A stretch of DNA of 50,987 bases from Nemertoderma westbladi. Lineage: Eukaryota; Animalia; Xenacoelomorpha. The stretch spans positions 1-50,987 of the forward strand of contig JAUCBJ010008559.1 in NCBI GenBank assembly GCA_032718475.1, written 5' to 3'. Shown here piece after piece: positions 49,690 through 50,987 of the stretch (positions are counted from its first letter, which is position 1; every line of letters starts with the position of its first letter). Both the position numbers and the translations under genes were made by a program. The notes under the pieces were generated by a model. It did not search any database. It was not told the origin of the DNA and was given only the letters and a program-made list of their open reading frames with translations.

Positions 49690-50987
49690 GCCATTAGAGT
49701 GACAAGGTTAAGGCAGAATCACCAGCCGATCGACTCAATAATGGTTGGAAGGCCCACTTTGAAAAGCTCCTCAATAATGATAGGGTATTGCCTGATAACT
49801 TTATAGAAGTAAAGGTGTCTGAGTCTGTACTCCCAGATATTCCCATTGGCGATATCTCCTTTGCAGAAGTGAAGGCTGCTGCAAAGAGCATTAAGACCAA
49901 TCGTGCCAGTGGAGTAGATGGTGTTCCCCCTGAGGTCTTTAAAATACCTGAGTGTTTAAAGCTCATCTATCCCATCATAGTAGACATGTACCGAACAACA
50001 AGAGTCCCACAAGAAATGAAAACAAATAAGTTGGTGCCAGTTCCCAAGAAGGGCAACCTAACACTCTTATGGTTCTTTTCGGGGAATCTCATTGATCTCG
50101 ATTACTGCAAAGCTATATTGGGTTCTGTAGAGGTCGTGGGACCATGGGGCCCATTTTGGCACTTAGAAGGATAATTGAAGAGTTATCAAAAAAGAAAGAC
50201 AGGCATCTGGCTGTTATCTTTGTTGACTTCTTCAAGGCCTTTGATTCAGTCTCTCGCTCACGTATGTTCAGCATACTTTCATTATATGGGATTCCTGATG
50301 AAATTATTGCAGCAATCAGATCAGTATACGATGGTTCGACAACATTTGTGTCTACTGTTGACGGTGACACAGAACCATTTGAAGTGTTATGGGGCGTCCT
50401 CCAAGGAGACACACTTGCGTCCATTCTTGTTCATAATTGTGGTTGACTATGTTCTACGCACGTCCTTAGATCATCATAATGATGATGGGGTGATGGTAGC
50501 TCCACCTACTGGCTCCAGAAGTCGAGGAAATCCTGCCAAGTACCTAACTGATCTAGACTTTGCAGATGACTTAGGAGTACTCTCAGAATCACTAGAGGGA
50601 GCCCAACGGCTCCTCAGCTCATTAGAACAGGCTGCTTCTAGTGTTGGTCTTTTTATTAACTCCAAAAAGACCAAAATTTTGACAGTTAACTTTGAAAGTC
50701 CTCAGCAAGTCTCTGACCGGATGAGCATAAGCTCAAAGGATGGTATGCGTGAGCATGTGGACGACTTCTGTTACCTGGGATCATGGATCCGGAAGTCAGG
50801 TGAGGACCTTCGAATACGTGAGGGAATGGCATGGGCAGCCTTGAATAGGCTTTCCAGGATTTGGAAGTCACAGATAATTAATCGGAAACTTAAGGTCCGA
50901 TTATTTAGAGCAGCAGTAGTTCCAGTACTCCTCTACGGGAGTCCATGCTGGGCTCTAACTGCCGAGGACACCAAATCTCTGGATGGC
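49690..50987 (+). mobile_element. Decayed RTE-clade LINE RT region (runs off the window)
   Basis: WKAHFEKLLN, RASGVDGVPPEVFK, VPVPKKGNL, FVDFFKAFDS, GVLQGDTLA, DLDFADDL, YLGSW, RLFRAAV; several frameshifts. Confidence 0.93.

Overview
Repeat-rich animal (invertebrate-like) genomic DNA, not prokaryotic. Two convergent intron-containing host genes are present that the ORF track largely misses. (1) The terminal exon of a Rab-family GTPase on + (14669-14943). (2) Eight phase-consistent GT-AG exons of a BRSK/SAD-1 kinase on - (44911 down to 21159: UBA domain, linker, autoinhibitory segment and KA1 domain; kinase exons not found in the window). Introns and intergenic DNA hold a BEL/Pao LTR element lacking RT, several RTE and CR1/L2-group LINE copies, at least three MITEs, an unclassified direct-repeat-flanked zinc-knuckle unit and about ten minisatellites. 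Main observation: several minisatellites are tandem amplifications of the host genes' own exon-intron junctions. Three are directly demonstrable in BRSK (two 5' splice-site arrays of roughly 75 copies each and one 3' splice-site array of 7 copies). A fourth, about 8 kb long, is inferred for the Rab gene. In all three BRSK arrays the real site is the exon-proximal copy and use of any decoy copy gives a frameshift or stop. Copy numbers are estimates from span divided by unit length.
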